This document shows, piece by piece, positions 1 through 11,800 of a DNA stretch of 64,000 nucleotides. Both the position numbers and the translations under genes were made by a program. Below the pieces are notes generated by a model. The model was not told the origin of the DNA. It ran no database searches and was given only the letters and a program-made list of their open reading frames with translations. Within the stretch, counting starts at the first letter, position 1; each line of letters begins with the position of its first letter. Source of the DNA: Takakia lepidozioides (Eukaryota > Plantae > Bryophyta); contig CM060732.1 in NCBI GenBank assembly GCA_030704615.1, forward strand, positions 9,858,001-9,922,000. The letters run 5' to 3'.

Positions 1-750
1 CAAAATTAGAAACAAACCAGAAATAAAATGAAAGGCAAATAAAAGAAAAAAAATGTGAAGGAAAGAGGCTCACCTTTGCGTCCATGACCTCAATGTTGCC
101 CTCGGTCCCCGCTTGTGGTGCACCCCCCAATGAGGATCGGGTTGAAGACTCTGGAGAGAATGATATCACCGCTGCTGAAGAGGCACTAGCAAGAAATCCT
201 CCGGAGGCTTTTGAGAGAACCCCAGTCAGAGAGAAAGGTTTGTACCTATTGATCACCTTGCTCTCCTTACAATTGAATTTAGGCTGCTTTTGTTCCCTAC
301 CTTCGATCCTCATGTATTTGTTTCAAATCAATTGTAGGAGCGCGTGGCGCGGCGTCGAAGAATCTTGCGGAGATGTGCTCTATCATTACACTTTCTCACT
401 TTACACCGATTGACATCGTCTTGCTGCCTCTAACGAGACGTCGTTCTGTTTCAGCGACGAAGAAGAGACGTAGGAATCAGAGCCCGAGGAAGTATCCGGA
501 GAGAATCACTCGACAGACAAAGCAATGAGGTAGCAATGGAGAATTCCACCGAGGTGTGCGTTACCATTCCACTTAGTCATTCCAGTCTGTGTTTGCATTT
601 GGAAGTCAATTGTATATCATTCTTGATTTCATTCAGTTGAGACCTAACTAATCGTCCTTGTCTGTCAGCAGAGAGAAGGTGGAAGACGAAACCAAGCCCA
701 AAGATCATTCGGGGATGTGTCAGCCGCCGAAATTGACAAAGAGGTATTTG

Positions 751-3065
751 GACGGGAGTCCTCCCGTCCCTTCCTTCCCACTTACAACATTTTGACTTAT
801 ATCCCGAAGCACAGACTGAGGACTCGGTTTTGTTTAAGTTGCCATAAATTCTAGATTCATCTCCTACTTTACTACACATCAGTAATATAGCTGCCGATGG
901 TCACATCCAAAGCTAACCGTCGAATCTTGACAGATGGGTCATGACCATTTTCGAGCGAGCGCGGCAGCAAATCTCATGCGCCGGAAGACATGAACTTGAC
1001 GGCCTCCTCTGGAGGTCAAAGAAAGATTCTGAGTGTTGTTGGTTTATTGTGCTATAAACCTAAGCCTGTTGGATCACAGAGGTTCCTCGAACATTTCCCT
1101 CGTGCCACAATTCCCTACGATTGGGACAATGTTGTTCCTCGTCTGGGTCTTCTTGAATTTCTTGAACTTGCGTTCAACCATTACCATGTGGGTATATGGT
1201 CCTGTGGAGTTCAGCATATGGTTGAGGCTCTTCTTGCATATCTTCTCCCGAAGGATATGGTCAGGAAATTTTGCTTTATCTGGTGTCGGGATACTTGCAC
1301 CAAGCTTCCTGCCTACATTGCCTCCACACGGCCGTTCTACATTAAAGACATTGTTGGTCTTTGGGAAGACTTCGGGAGAAGTTGTAAGCCCTATGGCCTA
1401 AAAGGCCAAATGCTTTTGATTGATGATGAGCCCACCAAAGCCCTGAGGAACCCTTTGAACACTGGTTCTTACCCGAGATCCTTTGATGGCACTCTAACGC
1501 CGATCGTCAAGGAGGGACGAGATTCTTTTGTTGAGGATCTTGTTGAGGCTTTATGGCCATTCCTTTCTGGCATGATGTCATCTCCGACAGTTCAAGAGTA
1601 CATGGAGGAGAATTACTAGAAGTGTGCAAATGTTCAGATGAACTTGTCGATAGCTCTCACCCTGATTGGATTTGGCTAGCGATATGCAAATCCCCTAGGG
1701 ATTACTGACCCTTGTGTGTTTTTAGGTATGTTCCCACCTCTTTGCTTTCAACGTCTTCTTTTTATATCAACCGATGTGTCTTGGAGTAGTAGGTTAAGAG
1801 GTTAGAATGGGTCAGTAAGCACGGGAGGTCTCCCGTCCCTGCTGCGCACCATGAATCTAAAAAGTATACTGATTTGTCTCATGGATTGGTTTATTTGTTC
1901 CAGTCAAGGCCAAGCGTCGTATGAAGTCAACATCCGACAAGAAGAAGGATGGACATACCACACCAACAGGCCAGGAGGGTCTCTGGAGGTATATGAGTAT
2001 TTCTGAGGAGGAGATCTGCTGGCGAGCACAACGCCCTCAAACAGATGCAGGGCAACGGAATGTCCATCTGGGGAGATCTGGGATGAGAGTAGAATCCGCT
2101 ACCCATTCTTACTAGTCGGGTGACAGTCTTCCACCAGTTGGGATATTGTAAATAATGTACATTGACAATGACGCTATTCTCTAAGCGCAAATTATGAATA
2201 CAAATGGTTCATTGTTTTTTATTCATTTCATGTTAGAGCGATGGATATCATGGCTGTGCTCTGTGTTCTCTGTGTACTCTTTGTTCGGTTTTGGAATTCA
2301 TTACTCATGTCGATACGAGAGGTATCATGATCTCCCCTACCTGACTATGTGCATGTTTCGTCATCACATCCGTCAGACTCTTTTAGACTAGAGAGCATGA
2401 GTAAGGACGGGAGAGCTCCCGTCCTCTTTGCCTTTCTATTTGTGCTTGTTCCTGTCAGACCCCTCATTCTCTTATTGGGTTGTTGTAACTTGTGCATGTT
2501 TACCCCTCAATTTAATTTGACTATTCCTTATGTGTATCGCTAATTGGGAGGGGAGACCTCCCGTCTGTCCTGGTCCGCATGTGTTTTGTGCGTGGAGCTA
2601 TGACTTACATGAATGAAGAATAATCGGTTCACGGCCTTGCCTGTGACCTTGGAATCCGCTAGGTGGTTCTTATTTTATGGATGACATTGGAGCCGAACTG
2701 TTCGAATGAATTGGCTTCTATAGAGACTATGTTCAGGATTGGTTTGCGTCGAAGACTATGGTTTAGGGTCCTATGGGATGGTGATGGTTGATTAGTGCCC
2801 ATAGCCAGGGACCTCAATGGTTGTACAAATTTGGTTTGGTGATGCTCTAATAAATTACTCTGGACATTTTGGGACGTATCTCGACGGGATGTCTTTCTAT
2901 CTTACTATGTTCTAATCATAGATCGGGAGATCTCCTTTGCCTCAGTGGAGATGTCGAACTTGGGAGAGCAGTAATAATTCTCCTGTACTTCTGGAGTGAC
3001 AATGTTTGGCATTTTTTTGTAGGCTAATATTAAAAAAATGAAGCAACTGTGAGAGGTCTCCCGTG
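751..3065. repeat. Dispersed 18-bp palindrome GACGGGAG-NN-CTCCCGTC
   Basis: Copies at 751-768, 1820-1837, 2406-2423 and 2548-2565, with degenerate copies near 2923 and 3050-3065. Confidence 0.8.
990..1619 (+). CDS. FCP1/NIF-like HAD phosphatase-domain ORF, probably degenerate and TE-borne
   Basis: Motifs VPRLGLLEFLE, VGIWS, FIWCRDTC, YIKD and LLIDDEPTKALRNPLNT fit the NIF/FCP1-homology domain. The N-terminal DxDx(T/V)-type catalytic motif reads KILSVVGLL, with no Asp. Confidence 0.65.
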   Translation: MNLTASSGGQRKILSVVGLLCYKPKPVGSQRFLEHFPRATIPYDWDNVVPRLGLLEFLELAFNHYHVGIWSCGVQHMVEALLAYLLPKDMVRKFCFIWCRDTCTKLPAYIASTRPFYIKDIVGLWEDFGRSCKPYGLKGQMLLIDDEPTKALRNPLNTGSYPRSFDGTLTPIVKEGRDSFVEDLVEALWPFLSGMMSSPTVQEYMEENY

Positions 3066-3379
3066 CTGCCCGTGAAACTGTAGAAAACTAGGATTTCAAC
3101 TCATATTAGGGATGTGATCAGGGTATGGATTCTCTGGGAACAGCAATATTTACTAAACATCTATAAATAGCTACTACAATATACTTAATAAAATCATTTA
3201 AATTTGTTTTTATATTGAATTTTTGTTTAATTTAAATAAATCAATAAATCAATATATATGTTATTCCTAGACTTTGGAAGGTCTAGATTTACTTAAAATC
3301 CAGTTAATTGTGAAATTATCAACAAGGGTTTGAGGTATGAGCATAATATCTAGCTAAAATTGAATATGAAGGGCGTGAA

Positions 3380-3803
3380 TACGAAGGACCTCTTTGGTGG
3401 TTATGTATACATGCACACAGAGGGGACCCTTAGTGTTGACGCAGACAAAGCCTTCGAAGATGTAAAGCTGGACTGTGCTTCGTTCCTTGCCAAAGGTCAG
3501 GTGGTTCTATTGGGTGACTTCAATGCCCGGGTGGGTAAAGGTCTCCATCAAGACGATATCATTGGGCCTTTTGGTGAGGACGAGTTGAATTCTAATGGCA
3601 GACGGTTAATTAACTGTCTGGAAGAGCTTCAGCTTTTGACCTTGAATAACAGGTAAAGAGGTGACCAAGTGCAGTGGACTCGTGAGAAATCCCAAACTGG
3701 GGAACATTCCATTGTGGACTATATCATAATGGACAAAAATTTGTTTCCCCAGTGTGCCAATGTGTTGATCGACAGAACTGATATTGGTACCTCTGACCAC
3801 TTC
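3380..3803 (+). mobile_element. LINE AP-endonuclease fragment
   Basis: VVLLGDFNARVG, NSNGRRL, SIVDYII and IGTSDHF motifs of non-LTR APE domains. It has an internal stop and is cut at 3804 by a TIR element. Confidence 0.85.
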
Positions 3804-6800
3804 CTGGTTTTGAAAATGCATGAGCGATGAGCGGTGAGCGGTGAGCATGAGCGGAGCTATGTTATAGTCGGTGCAGACTATAATCCACAATAGTGGCATT
3901 CCAACCAAGGCCGGCGTTTGGAGGAATAATTTGCTACATGTTATGTTATAGTCGGTGCAGACTATAAGCTGTGGACAGTAGTGCCCTCCGCTACGCTATC
4001 TTCGGTGTAGACTATAGAACGAATGTTCTGCTGCAGTGAGCCAAACCTCATGTGATTAGAGAAAATGTATTCACATTAAGGATCAATGTTAAAATCTAAT
4101 GTCATAGTCGATGCAGACTATAAGGTAAAACAATGCCATTGCAACGCTATAGTCGGTGCAGACTACAGTGGAATAAGGTCTCCTTATATGTGCTGTGCTT
4201 CATGTCACCGGAGCGACTATGAAAGCAAGGTTTCGCTCATGTGAGCGGATATACATCCGCTCACGGATTCTTTTGCAAATAGAATAAACAATGTTCTCGA
4301 TGGAACCGTAATGGGTGAATGCAGGGTTGACTGGACCAAAATGGACTTTATCAGCACAGTTTTAGATGACTGCAATTGATGGTGTCATCAATTGAAATTG
4401 AATTAACTCATTAAAACCAGCAACTATATATGTCATTGGATTCCTAGCTTCAATACGCACCCATAGCAACTCTCCAATCATGAATTCGATAAGAAATGAC
4501 TCCGCTATGGAGTTTTGAACACCGTCATTGTGGACTGTAACTGCAATGAATGGAATTACAATGGACTCAAGTTCTTCTATGTGCCATTAGTGAATTCCAT
4601 TGAAATTTGGACATAAGGTGGCCATTTTGGTCCACATCATAGGTATGGATTTGAAGTGGCAAAATCATTTGTCATTTGACTCATATAGACTGATATATGT
4701 AAAAAAAATAGGCGTTTTTTGAAAAGTCCATAGCTCATCTTGTTTTTTGGATTTTGGGTGTCATTTTTTTTCTAGAAGTATAAAAACCTATAATCTTCAA
4801 TGGCTAGGTGTCATATTGAATTTCTTTTGTAAACTTTAATTTTTAGTTTTTCATAATTTCTCTAAATAATATACTAAAATAGTTAATGAATTATATCTTT
4901 AATATTTGGGGTAGGACTCTTTACTAAATATGTTCAGTATACCATTACCTATCACTAAAAAAATATTTTGGGATAGTATCCGCAACTTTTGTTTTTTGGT
5001 CATGGACTTTCATGGAGCAGGATCTGCCGTTTTTGGTCCACTCAACCCTGCAACTGCCCTAATAGTCGGTACAGACTATAAAAGTTTGCGTTTTTCTCGC
5101 GTGAGCATAACCCGAAATAACTGGGCGTACGAAGATATTGCATGCAACAATTGAATGCTTACATTGCGGACATCAGGGCAAGACAGCGAATCCGATCGTT
5201 GTTACATTTTTAAAATGTCGACGTGTGGGCCTGGGAGTGGAGTCGACTTGGTCACTCGCATGACAACTGGAAACTTGTCGAATGCTTGGGTGATGTTTGA
5301 TCACATCAAGCGAATTACAAACCATCAGTGGGTGACTATGGGTGTGTCTGTTTATGATTATCACTCCAAGAGGTTCATGACGATTGCAATCTGTGAGATG
5401 AAAGGGGAGGACACACAGTCGGAGATGCATCTGTGGGAGGACATAAACGAGCAGATGGCAAGGGCGGGATTGGCAGAGCCCAATTTCAGGGGATTCATGG
5501 CAGACAATGCTCAGGCCAACTGGGCAGCGGTGCGGCGTGTGTACGGTGAGGACCCCAATGTTCCAATGGAGGGGAAAGAGAGATCCTGTGGATTCCATTG
5601 GATGCAGAGTCTATCTCACTACACTATAAAATTTGTTGCTAGCTCATTCCAGGCTGAACACCGTGTCCTTTGTACGGCGTGGAAGGATGCACCCACATTT
5701 GATGACGCAGAGGTTAAGTTTGCTATCATTAAGGCTTGGTGGAACACGTCAAGTGCAGTGGAGACAACCAATCTGGGAGCCTTGCACAGCTGGTTGGGGT
5801 GGTGGCATTTCCGATATCGACAGTTCGGACAGTACATGCGGGAGGTATGATGCCAGACTTTTCGTGCAATTGTCGTTCTATTACGGACCTTTGCATTGGT
5901 CCCTCACCATTGTTTCTGACCTTGTAGGAGCGGTGCTTGGATTCCGACACGGACATGCCGAACACGAATATGGCAGAATCAGTCCACTCCTCCTGGCAAG
6001 CGTCTTCTGCCGCACATCTGGTGGACGTGGTGACGGCCACAACGGAGGACATCGACAGAGCAATCATGCAACAAGCCATGTACTACAAGTTCTTGAGCGG
6101 GAAACAATGGGGCTTTGGGTCGGACAGGGAGAAATTGTTGGTACGAACAGCTTCGAGGTCAAAGAATCCACTGAAATGGGCGACAACATTGCGAGAGAAG
6201 ATAAAAAGGATGCCTCTGCACCGTAGAGGTGAACACCTAGAGGGGGACGTCCGTACTCGCCCTGTGAGGCGGAGGATTGAAGAGGAACCTGGGTGCAAAG
6301 AGGAATCCTGGAGATCCGACAGGAACATTCGGACAACACCTCGAGGTCCTGTCATATTGCCGCACAATGTGTCTTCCAGCAGTGGAAGCCCAAGAAATTC
6401 CAGATCGCCATCGCCTTCAAGCGGGGATTCCGTGCGAGAAATTCCCACCGCTCGCTTGCCCCAGATTCCGCCCACTGTTATGCAGTATGGCCAAGCCATT
6501 GTGGAGACGACTGTGTCTGCGTCACAGTGGAGAATTGCTAGCACAAAGCCGTCGTTTCGAGGCAGGTGTTCCGCAATTCGAGTGGATACACGGCAACGTT
6601 GTTTAGAGATGATAAGGAGGAATCCAGATGGGGCTGTCCCTGCTCCTACTTTTACAGGAAGATTTGTCCATGCAAAGTTTGCAGAGGCGACAACCACCCA
6701 GTTCTGGTTCTGCAGGCACGACATTATGACTTGCGTGTATGGAAAGCCCAAGTACGGCATACAAACAATGCCAGAGGCTCCCCCGGTGTGGCCGGTGGAA

Positions 6801-8223
6801 CCAGGCTGCGATCTGAGTCAGGTTGAGGCCAACACCTTTAGTGCCGCAGGATTTCGGATGGTGCAGCGCACTGACGTCCCCAGACAACCATTTCTGCTTC
6901 CACAGCCTCCACCACCGACCCCTGTGAGAGCAAGAACAATGGGACACGACAGCTCTAGGCATCCTACACACCGTTGGGGGAAACCGAAGAGGCGGCGACC
7001 TCCCTCAAAAGTGAACGAGACAAGGATGGGGAATGCACTTCGGATGAATTGTACAATCCAGAGCTCGACAGAAGTGCCCCCACCAGGCTTCGGGCGTGTG
7101 TATCAGATGGCCATGGCAGGCTCAGCTGTTTGCAATGAGGTGTACACCATCACCATTTCAGAATTACCCACCTGCAATTGCACCAACTTCCAGATCATGG
7201 CGAACAAGGGGGCATCATACTGCCATTGCAAGCATCTGTACTACGTGTACCTAAAGAGACTCCGGTGTAATTCCACAACTCATCACTTCATACATGCACC
7301 AGGGTTGAGCCCCCAAGAGGTGCACACTCTTCTGAATATGGATCCAGGGGACCAGTGAGCTTGGCTTGCGGTCCCCACACAATGGTACGCCCATCCTTTT
7401 CGGAGTTTCAGTTATAGTAGAACTGTACTGCTGCAAGTACCTCTGACTCTGGCCAAAGAAAGGTCCGACTTATGTCTTGCCTACCAGTAACCTGTTTTGC
7501 TCGAACTAAGATAATACCATGTCATTCACTTCTGTTTCCACGTGCTTGTATTTTTGTTTGCTGGAGGGTTCCTGTTTTTCTGCTCTCCCAAACTTTGTTT
7601 TCCTCATTCGACCTCCGGCAAGGAAATGCGGCGCCGCATTTCCAAGTAACGTCATAGGTACTGGTAGATGCGGCCTTTGCCAACACCAAACCGCCCATAA
7701 ATTTTGCACGTGCGAACCCTAATGCGGCACCGCATTTCCCAGTTGAATCGCAAACCTTTCCCGCCGAATACCCGAAGATGACAGAATTGTGAAGTACTGC
7801 AGACTCTATTGGTGCAGACTCTATTGGTTCAATCGCGGCAAAAGGGTCACCTTCATTCCAATGTTAAGGCATGTAAAACCGCGGAATACTCTATACAGGC
7901 CAGTATGTGACGTCCGTTTGCCGTGGTATACTGGATTTCTCGTTGCACGGTCACTCATTTCCATGAGCGGATCTAAAAAACCATGAGCGGACTTGTTACT
8001 GATGACATATCTTCGCCGCATTACAGGATGTGGAACTTCCAAAAACGGCAAGGTCAAATAAAAAAACTATTATTTTAATACTTGTTTAATCTGCCGCATT
8101 TCCAAATTTGGAGGAGTCCGCTCATGAAATCCGCGTGTCTTAGACTTCGGCTCACCGCTCATGCGGCTCATGCCGCTCATGGCTCATGGCTCATGGTTTC
8201 TGCTCATGAAATAGTAAACCTCC
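3804..8223 (+). mobile_element. MULE-like TIR DNA transposon, copy 1, with SWIM transposase
   Basis: Left end CTGGTTTTGAAAATGCATGAGC followed by TGAGC repeats. Inverted GCTCAT-repeat end at 8150-8223. Internal transposase gene. No concordant TSD. Confidence 0.7.
5155..7358 (+). CDS. MULE-family transposase with C-terminal SWIM zinc finger; two exons, intron 5845-5927; 5' exons possibly missing
   Basis: FRGFMADNAQANWAAVRRVY...SCGFHW (D..CxxH), NTNMAESVHS (catalytic E region) and SWIM CNCTNF...CHCKHLYYV. A phase-0 GT-AG intron joins the two ORFs. Confidence 0.75.
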
Positions 8224-8835
8224 TCTTGTGTCCACCAACAACGACACGTTAGTTCCGGAAATTATCCCACTCACAAACATTAACTGACTCCTTTTATGCA
8301 AGGGGCCAGTCTCCTGATACAACTCACAAGAGTAGTTGCCTACCTTGCAAGTCTTGGCAACCACTGCTTCCACCAAGCGGCTGATGGAATCTTCGGACAG
8401 CTCCGTGGTTGCCCCAGTCATATTCAATTGTCGGGGTTTCACGCACTTCTTGGCCATGTGCCCAGGCTCCCCGCAATTAAAGCACACTCCATCAAAGGTC
8501 ACCTTCTGTCCGCCATAAGCCGCCGCACCTGATTTTCGTTTCAAAGCACCGGGTGTCGCCTTGACGTGTGAAGGCCCTCCCTTCAATTTCCATGTGCCAT
8601 TGTCGCCGCGTGGCCTATCCCACTTCTTTTCCGGTCGGAATGAGTCACCCTCCCACCGAGTCTTCTTGTGGTTAGGTGAGAACCATCCAATACTCCTGGT
8701 GGCTTCATGTTTGAGTTATTGTTGCAATCTATCATCTCTAACAATTGACGTGGACTCGCAGCAAAAGGAGGAAGCAGAGCGGCAGTTGGCCATGCTAGTT
8801 CAAAAAGGGTTCTTGCAGCTGCCAACCGCGGAAGA
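8224..8835 (-). mobile_element. Ty3/Gypsy gag-protease fragment
   Basis: CFNCGEPGHMAKKC zinc knuckle followed by a protease start (SLLVDT), cut at the active site by the TIR end. Confidence 0.8.
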
Positions 8836-11800
8836 GGGGGCGTGCTAGATTGTGAGCAGCTCACGTGAGCAGAAAAAACTGTGAGCATGATTTTGCTCAC
8901 AGTTTTCGCCCTATTGCCGCAGACCTGTACCTGTTGGAAGCCCTATTACCGTGGGCTTCAAGCATCGAAAAAAGAGCATTTTTTTAAAAGAGTGAGCCTG
9001 CGGGTTAGCAGCAACATTGTCGAGTGGTTGATTGATGTTTGAGTGTGTTTTGAAAAGGAGTTGGATGAAAGAAGTGGATGAACGATGGATGAATGTGCGA
9101 TGAGAAAAGATGGATGAGAAAGAGAGTGGATGAATGAAAACGACGAATTCAGACCGGGGACCATTAAATGAAGCCCGAAAACACATCTTCAAACATGCAA
9201 GGCAGGGAAACTAGTGCTTCATAAATGTCTGTCTTAAAACAAATGATTCATTCCAAAAAGGCACTTCCACTGCTATCTGATTTTGAGCCCAAAACTGATG
9301 TAGAACTGTCTATAAAGATACTAGCCCGGCTCTGCACAAAACCACCTCTGTCGCGGACCACAGGAGGGGGAGATGAGAGGAGACGAATGTGCCAGATTGA
9401 GGTGGCGTTGACGCCACCTTGACGCCACCTTAATGCCGAGCCTGTTTCCCTCTACAAACATGGCTACTCGCCAAGGCTTTTATTTAGTTTTTATTGTTTT
9501 TATTGTTTTTGGGGTGAATTGTCATGGTCTTCTGGGCTGGAATTAAGCTCTAACAGGGGATGAGAATTAAGGTGTCATTGACAACACCTTAATCTGGCAC
9601 ATTCGGGGGGGGGGAACCAAAAAAAAACAGATTTTTATTTTTATTTTTTATTTTTTGTTTTTGTGACGTTAATTCACCTTAAGTGGCGTCAACGTCACCT
9701 GTCATGTTGAATTGTCACACAACAAATGGCACGTAGGCACTAGCGGGCGAACTAATATGTGTAGCAATGCATGTTATAGTCGATAGACATTCCAATAGTC
9801 GGCAATCTTGTTCTTTAGACAAGTGGTCGGCGCCGACTATTGCCCTCTGGAAGGTGCCATCAGACATGGTAGTCATAGTCGGCAACGACTATAGGGTGCA
9901 CGTTATAGTTGGCATACATTCCAGTAGTCGGCAGTCTTCTTCATTAGTCAAATGGTCGGCGCCGACTACAGGGCTCAGACAAGGTAGTCATAGTCGGCAA
10001 TGACTATAGGGTGGGGCTGGGGTAGCCATGCGGTATAGTCGACAACGACTTCCGGAAAGGGCCCCGGTCGGAGCCAGGTTGACCCACAGTTGGGAGTTGT
10101 AGTCGCCACCGACTATGACACAGACTTTGGCCTATTGGGTGTCATAGTCGCTGCCGACTATTCCATCTGGGAAGGGAGTACGGCCCGGACATTTGATAGT
10201 TTTCTCCATGTCATTGCAATCAAGGCAATTGTCCGTCCTCACGTCGAGTTTTGGTGCAGTGGAATAGGTACATAAACTTTTCCTTGCTTGCCAACAAACA
10301 TATCAGGTATATGCCAGCCAGTGTCACACAGTGGGCTAGCCTCCGTTCAGACTGCACAATATAGAACGGGAGGCAGTTAGGCGAGTACGTGAAAGTCACG
10401 CATCTGCCCTGCTACAGGTGGCTGGACTTGCCACCCGATGTCATTCCTGACAAAGAAGTGGATTTGTACAAGAAGTACACGAAGAACGAGCTACCCGCAC
10501 CCACACACATGGAGCCATTGATAGAGGAAGGTGTCGAGGAGGCTGCAGTCATTGTTGCCGCACACCTTGAGCAAGCCAATACAGCTCTGCAAGAAGCGGT
10601 GGGCAAGAAGAAACCCAGGAAAATGAAACAGAAACAGAAGAAGACAGCCACCACAGGACAGGAAACCCCCCCCCCCCCACCGGCACAAGGCCTGCAGGCA
10701 ACACAGGTGTGGAGGGTGTGGATGAGACAGATGGTGCTCACACGAATGACAACCCATTGGCATTTACTAAAGCCCTACAGAACTTCCAGTTTGAGCGAAG
10801 GAATCGATCTACTCAAAACCCATGGGCAAACACAAGTGACGGGAGGGGCATGCAGCTGGCAACCGTCCTGCTTTACGAGGCGCTCTCTTTGCGAGAAGGG
10901 GTACCAAACACAGACGTAGCTTGCCTCAAGTGCGATTGATTCCAGCTTGTCATCCGCAGGTTGGCATCCAAAGGAACAACGAGTACGTGGCCAGAGCCGA
11001 GAGGAGAAATCAACGCGTTTCTGGAGAGGCACCGCTCCCCCGAGCCTTTCCACTCTATGCGTAGGGGTGGCACGGTCTCTAAAGCGGGGGAAGACCTTGT
11101 TATGGTGGATCTCCCTGATGGACAGTCTATGAGAGGATATGGCAGAGAAGACATTGTACCGGCTTGGAATGCAAATACAAAGGATTCGGTCCCGCATGCA
11201 CTTGCACTGGCATCATCCTTGCTTAAGGACGATGGCTGCCTTGTGATTTTCTGCAAGGGCGATGCAAAGATAGAGGTTGAAATTCAAAGATGTGTGGGCC
11301 CAGCGGGGCCCTTCAAAGTTATCAAGAGAAAGTGGACTTGCCTCAATCAGCTACCACTTCAATATGGAGAAGCAGGGCAGCCACAAGTAAGTTCAAACTT
11401 CTTAAACTACTTAAATTGATTGCTCCCCACCTTGAATTATTCCTCACCGCCCACTGTACCTTCCTTGACATTTTCTTGAAAATGCATCTAATAGTCGTCA
11501 AATATCCTTGTAGTCGGTATGGATTGTCTACAGAGATATAGTCGGTGCCGACTATGTTTCGGGGTTGCCTACTGTCGTTTCATAGTCGGAACAGACTATG
11601 TCTCAGTGGGGCCCACCTTTCGATTCATAGTCGGCACCGACTATGAGGAGGGTATGTCATGTTGGTTAGTCATTGTAGGCCGGGATTGTGGGATTGATAG
11701 TCAGTGCCAACTATACCAAAGGTGGGGGGTTTGACAGTTGTAGTCGGTAACGATTATTACAACGCATTTTAGAAGTGGGGAGCTGGAAAGTGCATTGTGT

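Noticed and set aside
9776-10162. CRISPR-like appearance of palindromic repeats with spacers
   Set aside because: The repeats are short and degenerate with irregular spacing, there are no cas genes, and the context is a eukaryotic TE.
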